Of a stretch of 62,906 bases of DNA, positions 62,831-62,906 are shown piece by piece. A program made the position numbers and the translations under genes. The first letter of the stretch is position 1; every line of letters starts with the position of its first letter. Source of the DNA: an archaeon. Its GTDB lineage: Archaea > Thermoplasmatota > Thermoplasmata > WALJ01. Below the pieces are notes generated by a model that had not been told where the DNA came from, ran no database searches, and saw nothing but the letters and a program-made list of their open reading frames with translations. The stretch covers positions 1 to 62,906 of the forward strand of contig JAJRTH010000093.1 in the NCBI GenBank assembly GCA_024278375.1, given 5' to 3'.

Positions 62831-62906
62831 ATGATCATCAAGAAGTCCGAAGTCAAAGCACTGGTCGGGGACGAGTACAGAATCTCCCAGGATTTCTATG
62901 ACAGGC
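62831..62906 (+). CDS. Probable small histone-fold protein (DUF1931-like), truncated by the window end
   Basis: GGTGA RBS; MIIKKSEVKALVGDEYRISQDFYDR resembles helix 1-loop 1-helix 2 of short archaeal histones. Confidence 0.6.
   Translation, partial: MIIKKSEVKALVGDEYRISQDFYDR

Overview
Chromosomal segment of an archaeon, most likely Thermoplasmata (DHVE2/Aciduliprofundum-like gene content; inferred from protein families, GGTGA/GGAGG RBSs and TATA-like promoters). It is mostly housekeeping: the proteasome-exosome superoperon (psmA-SBDS-rrp4-rrp41-rrp42-rpl37ae-rpoP-pcc1-pfdB), csl4/METTL5, radA, rfcL, endA, ftsZ, pheT, pyrBI, glyA, folP/folD/gcvT, psd/pssA, uppS and tRNA-Gly(GCC). Accessory parts include a ThaI-like restriction-modification pair and several AT-rich membrane/exported genes. 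Main observations: (1) a putatively secreted protein made of 8 copies of a VMEEINVE motif that is identical to the N-terminus of a small protein about 6 kb away; (2) five genes, including radA and tyw1, interrupted by single in-frame stops that each revert to Glu with one T->G change, plus indels in glyA and an exported gene, which suggests consensus error or damage more than recoding; (3) an integron attC-like hairpin at the left edge; (4) a 25-bp dispersed repeat placed 4 nt after two unrelated stop codons; (5) a histone-fold-like gene starting right after an HDAC-family gene. All family calls come from motif recognition by eye, not from database searches.
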